Shown here: piece after piece, positions 41,754 to 51,814 of the stretch
Position numbering within the stretch: the first letter of the stretch is position 1
How the letters are laid out: each line of letters opens with the position of its first letter
Assembly (NCBI GenBank): GCA_040384865.1
Contig: JAZKIM010000006.1
Location: 988 to 64,987, forward strand
DNA length: 64,000 nucleotides
Direction: 5' to 3'
Source: Patescibacteria group bacterium
Lineage (GTDB): Bacteria; Patescibacteriota; Minisyncoccia; Phycocordibacterales; CAIZLB01
Position numbers and translations under genes: made by a program
Notes under the pieces: model-generated
The model's input: the letters and a program-made list of their open reading frames with translations, nothing else
Told to the model about the DNA's origin: nothing
The model's database searches: none

Positions 41754-41872
41754 TAAGGTTATTTCAAACTATCGATTTCAGCGAGCACACCCTGAAGCCT
41801 GCGGGACTTGAGATGAGGGCGTACACAAAGGCCTCACGTTCAAGCTTATACTTCGCGCTCTTTACAGCCTTA
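41754..41872 (-). ncRNA. Candidate rod-like structured RNA (unassigned)
   Basis: Nested stems on the minus strand: TAAGG/CCTTA, GAGCGC/GTGCTC, GAAGT/GCTTC, CTTGA/TCAAG, TGAGG/CCTCA. Confidence 0.35.
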
Positions 41873-41874
41873 AT

Positions 41875-42720
41875 TTATCGAATTGAATATGAGACTGTCA
41901 CATCCGCAGAAACTGTTTGGCTGCCATTTGGAATTTCTGGAATAACAGGTGTTTTTGCCTGATTCATAACAGCATCACGTGCAGAGCCATATGCCATCGG
42001 GTAGTACCCACCGTAACTTTCGTTAAAAGAGGCAACACCTTTGATCTTCACACCTAGTGCTGAGGCGATTTCTTCAGCCTGCGCACGAGCTTTTTCTACA
42101 GCCTCGACACGAGCTTGCTGCCTTACTGCATCTATATCATCAAATGTGAAATATGCACTTCCCGGCTTCACACCAAACTGACCCACTCCAGCAATGAGCT
42201 CTCCGATTTTATTATCACCTTCCTTGACCCCTCTAAGCTTCACCGTCACTGTCTGATTAGTGGTGTAACCGATAATCTTAGGACAAGAATTGTATACCGG
42301 AGGAACGGGGGCAATAGCTTTGCTATCACCAGAAGCCGAAACGGAAACATTACATGGAGCGTTGTAATCATACAATTCATTTGTACTGTATGACTGGTTT
42401 GAAATATCCTTAGCGTCAACGCCATTCTTCTTGAGATACGCTACGGCATTATTACTCTTTTCAGCAGCCTTATCCTGCGCCGCCTGAACCGTGGCACCAT
42501 TCTCTGTTACTGTCCAAGAGAATGTAGCAACATCAGGAATAGCTTCCACTTCACTATGGCCTGTAACAGTAATGACTCGAGACATGTCAGTAGGACTGTC
42601 ACCTACCGATGGAAGAGCTTTTATTTCCGTAACTATCTTCGTAGCCAAGAGAACAGACAAGAGTGTCAGAGCAAGAACTCCGGCTGTGCGTAAATGATTA
42701 TTAAGCTGCTCGTTGTTCAT
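41875..42720 (-). CDS. SIMPL (DUF541/YggE) domain protein
   Basis: 'ITVTGHSEV.A.PDVA', 'AVEKARAQAEEIA..LG', 'G.Q.V.A.V.V.Y'. Confidence 0.9.
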   Translation of the reverse strand: MNNEQLNNHLRTAGVLALTLLSVLLATKIVTEIKALPSVGDSPTDMSRVITVTGHSEVEAIPDVATFSWTVTENGATVQAAQDKAAEKSNNAVAYLKKNGVDAKDISNQSYSTNELYDYNAPCNVSVSASGDSKAIAPVPPVYNSCPKIIGYTTNQTVTVKLRGVKEGDNKIGELIAGVGQFGVKPGSAYFTFDDIDAVRQQARVEAVEKARAQAEEIASALGVKIKGVASFNESYGGYYPMAYGSARDAVMNQAKTPVIPEIPNGSQTVSADVTVSYSIR

Positions 42721-42792
42721 ATTTATATATTTAACTATTAGACCTCTATTCTATCACTTCACACAAATTTTCAAAAAGATAAACAACAACCT

Positions 42793-43212
42793 CTACTTAT
42801 CTCGTGTAAACAAACTTGCCGCAACAAATATAAACCCACCGGACATATCCGCCACAAGGTCAAGCAAAGAATCGTTTAAGTCTCCGCTACGAAACCACTC
42901 GAGTAACCATGGAAAATACTGTGGACTATAGAGTGAAGAGAGTCGTTCCATAAATTCCCAAAGAACTCCTATGAAACAAACCGTTGAAACGGAAACGAGT
43001 AGTAAATTGAGAGACGTCAATTTGGTTTGAGGAGAATTAAAGTATCTATAGAAAAACCACCCGAGTATCACCCCTCCCAACACATGGTATACCTTATCGA
43101 GACTCTTTATTTGTCCGTACAAGCCAAAGTAGTTCGAAACAAACAATCCAAAAATAATTACGATCAAACCGATAATAATTGGTGACAAATACTTTTTGAT
43201 ATGGAGTTTCAT
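42793..43212 (-). CDS. Small membrane protein (DUF2238/VanZ-like)
   Basis: 'DKVYHVLGG...GVLWEF.E...DSLLDL.AD..GG'. Confidence 0.65.
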   Translation of the reverse strand: MKLHIKKYLSPIIIGLIVIIFGLFVSNYFGLYGQIKSLDKVYHVLGGVILGWFFYRYFNSPQTKLTSLNLLLVSVSTVCFIGVLWEFMERLSSLYSPQYFPWLLEWFRSGDLNDSLLDLVADMSGGFIFVAASLFTRDK

Positions 43213-43227
43213 ATATTTACCCTGCTC

Positions 43228-43998
43228 TTACCACCATAATAACAAGAACAAAACAGCCAGTACAATACGATACCATCCAAATACAGCGAAACTGTGTTTT
43301 TGTATATATGCAAGAAATGTTTTAACAGCAATGAGTGCCACTAGGAACGATACGGTGAAACCTATAGCAAGCGATCCAAATTGATCCATTGAAAAACTCC
43401 CCGCATTTTTAAAGAGATCTAGTCCGCTTGCCGCAAGCATTGTCGGAATAGCTAAGAGAAATGAAAAATCTACTATAGTCTTCTTGTCCACACCAATAAG
43501 CTGACCTCCGACAATTGTTGCAGCAGAGCGAGAAACCCCTGGAATAATAGCTATTGCCTGGAATACTCCCACCCAGAAAGCTTGCCAGTACGTAGGCTCG
43601 CTATTACCTTCGAACGTAGGTGCACGCTTCTTTATAAGACGTTCAAATACAATAAGGGCAACCCCTCCAACGAATAGTGCGCCAATAACCACCCACACAT
43701 TACCAAGCAGATATGTTTTTACCAATCTGTAAAAAACTAATCCAATTACTGCGGTTGGAATAAATCCAACAATAATCTTCCCCGCGAGAGAGAAGCTTGA
43801 AAAGATACGTTGCCGGTACAGAACAACAACAGCCAAGATAGCTCCGAGCTGAATAACGACATCAAAACTCTTTGTAAATTCAGACTCTCCAATTCCTAAT
43901 AATTTCCCCGCCAAGATCAAATGACCAGTTGATGAAATAGGTAAAAATTCTGTTATGCCTTCTATGATGCCGAGTAGTAGTGCGTGAAAAATATCCAT
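43228..43998 (-). CDS. uppP: Undecaprenyl-diphosphate phosphatase
   Basis: EGITEFLPISSTGH, PGVSRS, FSFLLAIP. Confidence 0.96.
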   Translation of the reverse strand: MDIFHALLLGIIEGITEFLPISSTGHLILAGKLLGIGESEFTKSFDVVIQLGAILAVVVLYRQRIFSSFSLAGKIIVGFIPTAVIGLVFYRLVKTYLLGNVWVVIGALFVGGVALIVFERLIKKRAPTFEGNSEPTYWQAFWVGVFQAIAIIPGVSRSAATIVGGQLIGVDKKTIVDFSFLLAIPTMLAASGLDLFKNAGSFSMDQFGSLAIGFTVSFLVALIAVKTFLAYIQKHSFAVFGWYRIVLAVLFLLLWW

Positions 43999-44025
43999 TT
44001 GTACTAAAGTTTTCCGATAGAGTTA

Positions 44026-44595
44026 TTAAATGTGTTCTTCACCGAAGAAAGAAGCTAATGCTTTATCTACTGCTTCGTACAATTCCTCAAGAGAGCCCTG
44101 ATTATATACTATCCCATCGGCCATATCGATACAGGCGCGCAAATTTTGTGAACTCGGATCAGAAGAAGACATTTCTCTTTGCTCATCAGACTTAAATCTT
44201 TCCAAAGTTACATGATCTGTGGAAAGATTTCTTTTAACAATTCGCTCGTAACGAAGTTCAATATTCGCATCCACCGCAAGTAAAAAGAAATTATCCTTAT
44301 CTCTCAAAAAAGAAACCTCTCCGGGGGTACGGAGAGATTCAATGATAGCGTTTTTTCCTTCGGCCGCGGCTGTCTCATAGAGAGACAAAGCGATGAAAAA
44401 TGGACCGTTTTCATGACGGAGACTATTGGCAACTGTGGTGAAGCTATCACGATCCACAGGAAGACCTCGACGTTTAACCTCGGTGGTCAAAAACTCTCGT
44501 GCCGAGTAGTGCATAAAGTCTTTTTTCTTTGACAGATATTCAACAACCGTTCCCTTCCCCGCACCAATAGTTCCAGTAATACCGATGATAATCAT
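44026..44595 (-). CDS. P-loop nucleoside/nucleotide kinase (UPF0200/dephospho-CoA kinase-like)
   Basis: GITGTIGAGKGT; ESLR..E; RYERI..R. Confidence 0.75.
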   Translation of the reverse strand: MIIIGITGTIGAGKGTVVEYLSKKKDFMHYSAREFLTTEVKRRGLPVDRDSFTTVANSLRHENGPFFIALSLYETAAAEGKNAIIESLRTPGEVSFLRDKDNFFLLAVDANIELRYERIVKRNLSTDHVTLERFKSDEQREMSSSDPSSQNLRACIDMADGIVYNQGSLEELYEAVDKALASFFGEEHI

Positions 44596-44615
44596 ATTGG
44601 AAATATTCTAACATA

Positions 44616-45104
44616 TCAGTTGCCCCTTTTTACCGATATCCGTGTATAAAAAATAACAGACAATAGGAACCAGAAAGTTCCAAGGCAAATTCCCCCAACA
44701 ACATCATTAAAGGTATGTACGCCCAAATATATGCGACTATAAGAAACAAGCATTGGGACGCCAAGTCCCGCAATAATCAAAAAAAACTTACCCGTTCTAG
44801 ATTTAACATGAGAAAGATATGAGTAGGTAAGAAGGAAAAAGAAAAGTGTTGCCATCGCAGCATGACCGCTTGGAAAGCTATACCCTGGTGCCTGAATGAT
44901 TCCATCAACTGGACGTGGGATTTGAAACCATTGTTTCAATAGCCAAACGGAACCGCCACCAAGCGACATAAAGATAACAAACTGGAAAAAGTGATAAATC
45001 TTTTTATGCGACAATAAAAATATTCCAAGCACTATGCATAAAATAGTAATACTTTGAGGACTACCGATTTTAGAAACAAAGATCATAAATTCACTAAATG
45101 ACAT
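44616..45104 (-). CDS. PAP2 family phosphatase
   Basis: K......RP, SFPSGHA, SRIYLGVH...DV.GG. Confidence 0.93.
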   Translation of the reverse strand: MSFSEFMIFVSKIGSPQSITILCIVLGIFLLSHKKIYHFFQFVIFMSLGGGSVWLLKQWFQIPRPVDGIIQAPGYSFPSGHAAMATLFFFLLTYSYLSHVKSRTGKFFLIIAGLGVPMLVSYSRIYLGVHTFNDVVGGICLGTFWFLLSVIFYTRISVKRGN

Positions 45105-45178
45105 ATATGGATAGTATAACAAAGTAAACAAAATGGCCGGTCGCGACTAGAACGCGACCGGCCCCTAAACCATTGATG

Positions 45179-46084
45179 TTATGCCGCAGGAACAAGACGC
45201 ACGTGAACACTTCCCCTTTTCCCCTCCTTGATTGCCAGCGGCCGGCCATCAAGGGAAATGGGTACAATGCTGTATTTCAAGCCGCAAAAAAATTTGTCGT
45301 TACAGAGACGACCAATCGCGGCTTTGGTGGCTGTTATTCGGCGCTCCAGACCGATGTTCAGGGAATTGACCTTTCCGCTCCCCTCAACCTTCACCGGGTG
45401 TGCTTTGCAGTCCTCGTGCGGACAGATTATAAGTTCACACATACCCAGATTGGTCTTGGCGTAGCGAAGGTTCTCGCGGGCCCAGCGACGAAGCGAGCTC
45501 CATGCACGCTTCCTGGTTGTCGTCAGGTGGTAGAGACAACCAGGTATTGTTAACCACGAAGCATCCAGCAACTCAACCTCAATTTCCGTACGAACACGGG
45601 CGAGCCTCGGATCGATGCACCCGAGGACGCATCGATTAACCTTCCTACGCGGAAACTCGACAATTTCATTACCGTCCCGTGCCGTTCCTTTGGCATCCAA
45701 TTCGAGGCAGCGTACAACCGGTGTGTAATCCAATTTAGCCGAATGCCTTACCGACTTTGCCATTGCCTCGACCAACTCTCGCACCGCCTTGGTATCCTCT
45801 CCGTAGTCAATGATCACCAGCACCTCGGCTGGCCGATGTAGAGAAAACCCCATTGTTGAGATGGTCATCATCGCCTCCAACAGCTTTCTCCAGTGACGAG
45901 ACTTGAAGATCTCATTAAACGGCATCATGTGGCAAAGAGGGTCATATGCCCCCCTCACCAAAAGTTGAACGGCCGACGGGGTGAACCGAGTGCTCGGACA
46001 GATGACTAACGCCCGCGAATACTCAGCCTTGGGAGAACTAAGTGTTTCGGGTGGGTGATGAACTACAGGTGTTATTTCAAACAT
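45179..46084 (-). CDS. Hypothetical protein with C-terminal beta-carbonic-anhydrase-like metal motif
   Basis: GCIDPR...TIPG...HEDCKA (C-D-x-R...H-x-x-C). Confidence 0.5.
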   Translation of the reverse strand: MFEITPVVHHPPETLSSPKAEYSRALVICPSTRFTPSAVQLLVRGAYDPLCHMMPFNEIFKSRHWRKLLEAMMTISTMGFSLHRPAEVLVIIDYGEDTKAVRELVEAMAKSVRHSAKLDYTPVVRCLELDAKGTARDGNEIVEFPRRKVNRCVLGCIDPRLARVRTEIEVELLDASWLTIPGCLYHLTTTRKRAWSSLRRWARENLRYAKTNLGMCELIICPHEDCKAHPVKVEGSGKVNSLNIGLERRITATKAAIGRLCNDKFFCGLKYSIVPISLDGRPLAIKEGKRGSVHVRLVPAA

Positions 46085-46218
46085 ACGACCCCTCCTTTTT
46101 GTTTTTCTTTTTCATTTTTCCTAACTAACTTGGTTGTGAACGTGTACTGTTTTTTGGAATCCTTTTCCCGTTTTCCTAAAGGACACTATTACTCAAAACT
46201 GTCAAACCGTCAACGATC

Positions 46219-46737
46219 TTATCTTATACCACTATCAAAAGAGAGCACGACGTTTGTATATTGATCTTCCTCTACCACAACCTTTTGAGGCGAAAGTGCG
46301 GGCAGTATCCCCTCTCCACCAGCCACAACGGTGTAGTTTCCTGGGGCAAGCATAATACTAAAGGATCCATCTTTGGAAGAAGTAGCTATCATTACTGAAC
46401 CATACTGATTAAGGAATTTGATCGTGGTTACAAGAGGTTTATCACTGCATTCTTCCTCGCTACCCTCCTTCATCACAGGGCAAGTAGGCCCAACCATCGC
46501 AACACCCTTGATTCCTGATTTATACAACACAGGGGGTGAGTAACTCTCGCGGCGGGAATACGCTCGATCGGCCGAAGAATAACTTTTTACTGCCGCCTCA
46601 TTTTCACTATCATATATGGCCATGGTCTTTTGATATTCGCGACCTATAAAAAACACAAGAATTGGTACCGCCCCGAGAAGAACAAGAGCGCTTGCAAGTT
46701 TTGAATACCAGGTGACATTATTAAAATCTATTTTCAT
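46219..46737 (-). CDS. Membrane-anchored carboxypeptidase-regulatory-like domain protein
   Basis: 'VTWYSKL' TM anchor; GPTCPV...C; 'DGSF...LAPG.Y'; DSGIR. Confidence 0.65.
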   Translation of the reverse strand: MKIDFNNVTWYSKLASALVLLGAVPILVFFIGREYQKTMAIYDSENEAAVKSYSSADRAYSRRESYSPPVLYKSGIKGVAMVGPTCPVMKEGSEEECSDKPLVTTIKFLNQYGSVMIATSSKDGSFSIMLAPGNYTVVAGGEGILPALSPQKVVVEEDQYTNVVLSFDSGIR

Positions 46738-46759
46738 ACGTTTAAAATTATAACATTGC

Positions 46760-47161
46760 CTATGCAATAATACTCGTGCAATGTGCGCATCGCTTTGCTG
46801 CGATTGGAATTTCACTCAAACACTCTGGGCACTTCTTCGTTGTCGGATCTGCTGGTTTTTCATTACGAGACCGCGAAATTAATTTATTAATAGGGGTAAC
46901 AACGAAAAAATAAATAGCTACAGAAACCAAAAGAAAAGATACTACGTTGTTCAAGAAATCACCATACATAAAAATACTGTCATTAAGAACAAACTTTGCC
47001 TCCGAAAAATCTGGAACCTTGGCGATTGCTCCTATAAATGGAGTAAGGATATCCTTAACAAGAGCATTCACCACCCCGTTAAAGGAAGCTCCGATGACCA
47101 CACCGACAGCTAAATCGACGACATTACCCCGGAGAATAAACTGTTTAAAACCTTTAAGCAT
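46760..47161 (-). CDS. mscL: Large-conductance mechanosensitive channel with C-terminal zinc ribbon
   Basis: FKQFILRGNVVDLAVGVVIG; CPEC...CAHC. Confidence 0.95.
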   Translation of the reverse strand: MLKGFKQFILRGNVVDLAVGVVIGASFNGVVNALVKDILTPFIGAIAKVPDFSEAKFVLNDSIFMYGDFLNNVVSFLLVSVAIYFFVVTPINKLISRSRNEKPADPTTKKCPECLSEIPIAAKRCAHCTSIIA

Positions 47162-47214
47162 GGAGATGTTATTAAGTTTAGGCTATTCGTACCCAATTAC
47201 TATATAATATTTAT

Positions 47215-47793
47215 ATGAAAAACCAAGCGTATGCTGAACGCACCAACGAAAAGATGAAGGAGGTCCTCATGAACCCCGCAGCAGCTGGCCCTGAAATACA
47301 TTATTACATGATTCGCGGTGGTTCGAAAAAAAAGAATATCACCGTTTGGGAATCTGGTACGGTAGGCGGTGAATACATCAAAGCATATGGCCACTATCAT
47401 ATCGATGACTTCATCGAAACATACTGGGTGCTTGAAGGCCAAGGACTTCTCCTCTTACAGATGCGTAAGAAAGATAGCATGGGAAAATTTATCGATGACG
47501 AAATAGATTCATTCGAAGCTATTTCAGTACGAGCTGGTAGCAAGATCGTCATCCCCCCATTTGCCGGCCACTTGATGATTAACACCGGATCAACATGGCT
47601 CGCCACATCAGATGACAGTCCGGTTAATTTCGATGCTGGGGACTCTGCAAGTCAACCAGCTCATGCCGACTACGAACCACTTCGAAAACTGAATGGCTTT
47701 GCGTATTATGTTATCGAAAAGAACGGTAGACCTGAGTTCGTGAAGAACCCGAATTATAAAACGATTCCCGATATCACCCATCGAACAGCCTAA
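47215..47793 (+). CDS. Cupin-type (archaeal-like) glucose-6-phosphate isomerase
   Basis: YYMIRG, G.VGGEY.K.YGHYH, E.Y.VL.G, IPP..GH..IN, Y.......GFAYY. Confidence 0.82.
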   Translation: MKNQAYAERTNEKMKEVLMNPAAAGPEIHYYMIRGGSKKKNITVWESGTVGGEYIKAYGHYHIDDFIETYWVLEGQGLLLLQMRKKDSMGKFIDDEIDSFEAISVRAGSKIVIPPFAGHLMINTGSTWLATSDDSPVNFDAGDSASQPAHADYEPLRKLNGFAYYVIEKNGRPEFVKNPNYKTIPDITHRTA

Positions 47794-47797
47794 ATCT

Positions 47798-49345
47798 CTA
47801 AGAATTTACCTGAGGTTTCTTTGAAGTCTTTCTCTTTGGACGCTTTTTATGTAAATCAATTACCCGATTGAATAGATTTACATATTTTTTAGCAGATGCA
47901 CTCCAAGAAAAATCCTGTGCCATAGCACGTGACTGAATAGCTCGCCATTTCTTATTATCTCTGAAGTTTTCAAAAGCGCGAATTATAGCAATCATCAACG
48001 ATGATGAATCGAATTTTTCAAATACAAAACCTGTTCCTACTCCCTCGTCGGGATTATAATCCTCAACCGAGTCAGCGAGACCACCTACCTTGCGTACAAT
48101 AGGTACAGCTCCAAGTCGCATTGCTTCCATCTGCGTCAATCCGCAGGGTTCATATTTTGAAGGAATAACAACGGCATCTGTTCCTGAAAATACGAGATGA
48201 GGAAGGTCTGAATCAAATTGAAGGTGAATACCAACCTGAGTCGGGTTTGCTGCCTGCAACTCTTGAAAGAAAGTCATCAATTCATGATCTCCCTCTCCTA
48301 CAACGATAAGTTGTATTGGTAATTCCTGAAGCAATGTTTGAATGATAGGCTGAAGGAGATTAATCCCCTTTTGACTCCACAAACGGGAAACTATACTGAT
48401 CACAAATGTTTTTTTATCAATTGGCAAGCCAAATCGCTCCTGCAACGCCTGCTTATTTTTTAAACGCCTCTCCAGTTTTGAGGTTGTAAAATGTTCTGGT
48501 ACAAAAGGATCATTTCGCGGATCCCATAGGTCAATATTAATACCATTCAGAATACCGAACAGCACAGACCTCCTCTCTTTTAAAAGATCTTCAAGCCCTT
48601 CACCAAAATCTTTAGTTAGAATTTCCTTGGAATGATTTTCTGAAACAGTCACTATTGCATCCGAATATATGATGCCGCGTCGCAATGCATTTATTTTTAA
48701 TAATCGATTGCTTTCAAATGACGGAACCTCTGAATGCCCATCATCGTAATCCATCTCCTGCACGAACCGATGATTAAACATTCCCTGGAAAGCAAGATTG
48801 TGGATGGCAAGTAGCGACGCAATATCGGCAATTTCAAGGTCGTTCTTGTATACCGTTTTCATGTAATTAAACATATACCCCATCGGCCAATCCGCACCAA
48901 CGATTATATCTGGCTTCCACTCATCATGAAACTTAAGGAATTCAAGGACACCTCGAGACAACAAAGCCCAGCGCACAGGGTCATCTCCATAGCCGTACAC
49001 ATTAGCGCGCTGTTCGTAATATTCTTGATTCTCAAGAAAATATGTCGTAACCGGATCGACATCTTTCACCGGGGTATATCGTCGCACGTTACAAATAAGA
49101 TTCTTTGGACCCTCCTCATTATCAGTAGGCACCTCTAAATGCTCATGAATGAGTTCAAGCTCATATACATCAGGATCAATATTCAAATATCGTGGGATGA
49201 AGACTCGAGCGTCATGACCAAGTTTCTGAAGAGCCTTGGGTAGTGAGTACATTACTGCAGCAAGACCACCCACCATAGCAAAAGGGGCAGCTTCGCTTCC
49301 TACGAAAAGGATTTTTAATCCTTTCTTTGATCCAAAGAGTTTCAT
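47798..49345 (-). CDS. glgA: Glycogen/starch synthase (GT5)
   Basis: E.APF..VGGL, GILNG, SRL..QKG, PSKYEPCGLTQ. Confidence 0.93.
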   Translation of the reverse strand: MKLFGSKKGLKILFVGSEAAPFAMVGGLAAVMYSLPKALQKLGHDARVFIPRYLNIDPDVYELELIHEHLEVPTDNEEGPKNLICNVRRYTPVKDVDPVTTYFLENQEYYEQRANVYGYGDDPVRWALLSRGVLEFLKFHDEWKPDIIVGADWPMGYMFNYMKTVYKNDLEIADIASLLAIHNLAFQGMFNHRFVQEMDYDDGHSEVPSFESNRLLKINALRRGIIYSDAIVTVSENHSKEILTKDFGEGLEDLLKERRSVLFGILNGINIDLWDPRNDPFVPEHFTTSKLERRLKNKQALQERFGLPIDKKTFVISIVSRLWSQKGINLLQPIIQTLLQELPIQLIVVGEGDHELMTFFQELQAANPTQVGIHLQFDSDLPHLVFSGTDAVVIPSKYEPCGLTQMEAMRLGAVPIVRKVGGLADSVEDYNPDEGVGTGFVFEKFDSSSLMIAIIRAFENFRDNKKWRAIQSRAMAQDFSWSASAKKYVNLFNRVIDLHKKRPKRKTSKKPQVNS

Positions 49346-49367
49346 AATGTATATCTATATTAGCAAT

Positions 49368-51770
49368 TTACTGTTGATTTGGAAAATAGAGTTTGTTTAT
49401 ATAATCCTTCACCATACGAGTGGCGGTATATCGTTCTTCCGTAAGACCAACAGTACCACGGATACGAGAAATCCAATTTCGCGGGATTCCGGAAGCGTCG
49501 CGCTCATAGAATATCGGTACTATTTTATTTTCGATCGTGTCATATATATCTGTAGAAATATGTTCATCATCAAGTATCCAACCTAAACCACTCCAGTCTA
49601 CTTCCCCCACCCAACCGTCTTTAGTGCTGCACTGAAGAGCTCCATTAAGTGCTGCCTTCATCCCACTAGTGCCACAAGCTTCGAAGCCGGGAATGGGGGT
49701 ATTAAGCCAAACATCAGCACCAAGCACCAACTCTTTTGCCACGTTAATTGAATACTCCGGAACATAGACGATCTTACCCAAAAACTCTGGCCGTGATACA
49801 TATTCTTTTATCCGTGCCACTGTTGCTTGCCCCTCTTTATCGTCCTTATGCGCCTTGCCGGAAATAATGAAATGTACCGGCCCGTCGGCTTTTTCAACAA
49901 TTTGAGCAAGTCGTCCTAAGTCACTAAATAACATTTCTGGACGTTTATATGAAGCAAACCGTCGAGCCCAGACAATGATAAGGGTGTTGGGGTTTAGTTT
50001 TACTCCTGTTTGCGAGTCAATGTAAGCAACCAAATTTGTGCGCAAAGTCATTCTTGTCTTCCACAGCTCATAATCATCAATGTCCTCAAGAGATAGTGTT
50101 GGCCACCCCGGGGTTCTCCATCGTGGTAAGTAGACCCCATTGGTAATAGGGATTAATAAGCTATGTGGATGAACCTTCTTTTCAAACTCAACATGGAGAG
50201 CGCTCACTCCATTCGCCCGCGACGCGCTACCAAGCATGAATTTAGTGGTTGAAAACATTTCTGGATTTTCCTGTCGGGCCCCAAGTAGAAAGAATTCTTC
50301 AAAATCAATTCGATGGCGGTTGAAATAATGTTTAACAATTCCACGCAGACGATCTCTTGAAAAGTTTATTCCCGCAACAGATAGGATGGTGTGTTTCGAC
50401 GCAACAATGTGCTGCTTCATCATCTGAACAGCCGCGCGAAGACTCATTTCTGGATGATCATGAATATACTCAGCAAATAGTGCCAGCGCTACAAAACTAG
50501 TATGACCCTCGTTGAGATGATATACCGTTGGATGAATATCTAATGTGCGAAGCAACTTTACTCCACCTATACCGAGTAAGAGCTGCTGTAAAATGTTAAT
50601 GCTAATATCCGACCCATATAAAGAAGATAGAATCCTCTGAATGTCACCGCTGTTTTTTTCAGTATCAGTATCAAGAAGATACAAACGCGAGCTTCCATGA
50701 ATTCGTTGCCATACTTGCAGACAAATCGTACTGTCCGCCACATCAACATTAACAATCATTGGCTCACCGTTTGCCAAACGTAGTAATCGAAAGTTGTGAT
50801 TTATAAGACTAATACGGTTCTCCGAGCGAAGCTCTTCCGAAGATGCTTCTGTACGTTGGTTATAAAAAAGACCTATGGCAGAAAACGGTATGCCTTGATC
50901 CCCTACTTCTCGAACAAAGTCTTCAGCAAGCATACCAAGCCCTCCGGCATAGAGGGGTAAACCTTGAATACCGTACTCTGCACAAAAAAATGCTACGGAC
51001 TTTTTTGATAATATCTTTTTTATAATTTCAGCGGTGTCCTGCGGACCTGCAATTTTCACTGATTCAATTCCTACCTGTGATGGTGAATAATCATTACCGC
51101 CCGGAAACACAGCGTCACCGACGAATAACATGTCCGAAACCTTTAACTCATAACGATCCAAAAGGCGTTTCAACCCCGTTGCCTTATTAAAACCTTTGGA
51201 AAGAAAGTCTATAGATGTTGTACCTCCAATAACAATCTCTATATCCGGTAAAAGAGGCTCAAGTTCAGCTTTAATAGCTAAGCGTTTTTTTTGATCAGAA
51301 TCCCACATCTCTTTTACCTCAATCGGCGCCTTTTGGCCATAAGCCGAAAAGGTTATCTGTGATCCTCTATCCTCGATGTAGTCTCCAAAAATTTGATGCT
51401 CGGGTGGAATATCATACCGATGAGAAGCAATGAGATCTTTTAGTGCAACGATAGTTTTTCTCTTAAGATCTTCTCTGAAGAGCTGCTCGTCCACTAGCTG
51501 CCACTCACCTATTTCAGCTTCATATTCATAACACTGACTACCGTCTACCGGCAACATAACAAGATCATTGACCGGGCCCTTCCAAAATGGCAAAAATTGT
51601 TTTTTAAATTGTTCAAAAGAGCCTCCTGAAATGACGACTACCTTTGCACGCGTCGCTAGTTGTGCCAGCAATTCAGCCATCTCTAATCCAAGAGACTGTT
51701 TGCTCTCAGCAAGAGTACCGTCAAGATCGAAAGCGATAATCTTTTTTACCTCTTGGGAAGAATCAATCAT
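49368..51770 (-). CDS. glgP: Fusion: HAD-IIB phosphomannomutase-like domain plus alpha-glucan (glycogen) phosphorylase
   Basis: N-terminus FDLDGTL, EDRGSQITFS, GGTTSID, GDAVFPGGND. C-terminus YAGGLG.LA.D, HLNEGH, ITNGV, WARRFASYKR, EACGTSGMK. Confidence 0.88.
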   Translation of the reverse strand: MIDSSQEVKKIIAFDLDGTLAESKQSLGLEMAELLAQLATRAKVVVISGGSFEQFKKQFLPFWKGPVNDLVMLPVDGSQCYEYEAEIGEWQLVDEQLFREDLKRKTIVALKDLIASHRYDIPPEHQIFGDYIEDRGSQITFSAYGQKAPIEVKEMWDSDQKKRLAIKAELEPLLPDIEIVIGGTTSIDFLSKGFNKATGLKRLLDRYELKVSDMLFVGDAVFPGGNDYSPSQVGIESVKIAGPQDTAEIIKKILSKKSVAFFCAEYGIQGLPLYAGGLGMLAEDFVREVGDQGIPFSAIGLFYNQRTEASSEELRSENRISLINHNFRLLRLANGEPMIVNVDVADSTICLQVWQRIHGSSRLYLLDTDTEKNSGDIQRILSSLYGSDISINILQQLLLGIGGVKLLRTLDIHPTVYHLNEGHTSFVALALFAEYIHDHPEMSLRAAVQMMKQHIVASKHTILSVAGINFSRDRLRGIVKHYFNRHRIDFEEFFLLGARQENPEMFSTTKFMLGSASRANGVSALHVEFEKKVHPHSLLIPITNGVYLPRWRTPGWPTLSLEDIDDYELWKTRMTLRTNLVAYIDSQTGVKLNPNTLIIVWARRFASYKRPEMLFSDLGRLAQIVEKADGPVHFIISGKAHKDDKEGQATVARIKEYVSRPEFLGKIVYVPEYSINVAKELVLGADVWLNTPIPGFEACGTSGMKAALNGALQCSTKDGWVGEVDWSGLGWILDDEHISTDIYDTIENKIVPIFYERDASGIPRNWISRIRGTVGLTEERYTATRMVKDYINKLYFPNQQ

Positions 51771-51814
51771 GGGTGTTCGCTCCTATTATATCCCAAATAC
51801 GCTATCATTAATAA

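Noticed and set aside
41760-41870. tmRNA or SRP RNA
   Set aside because: No tRNA-like GGGG.../T-arm ends, no tag ending in ALAA, and no SRP helix-8 motif.
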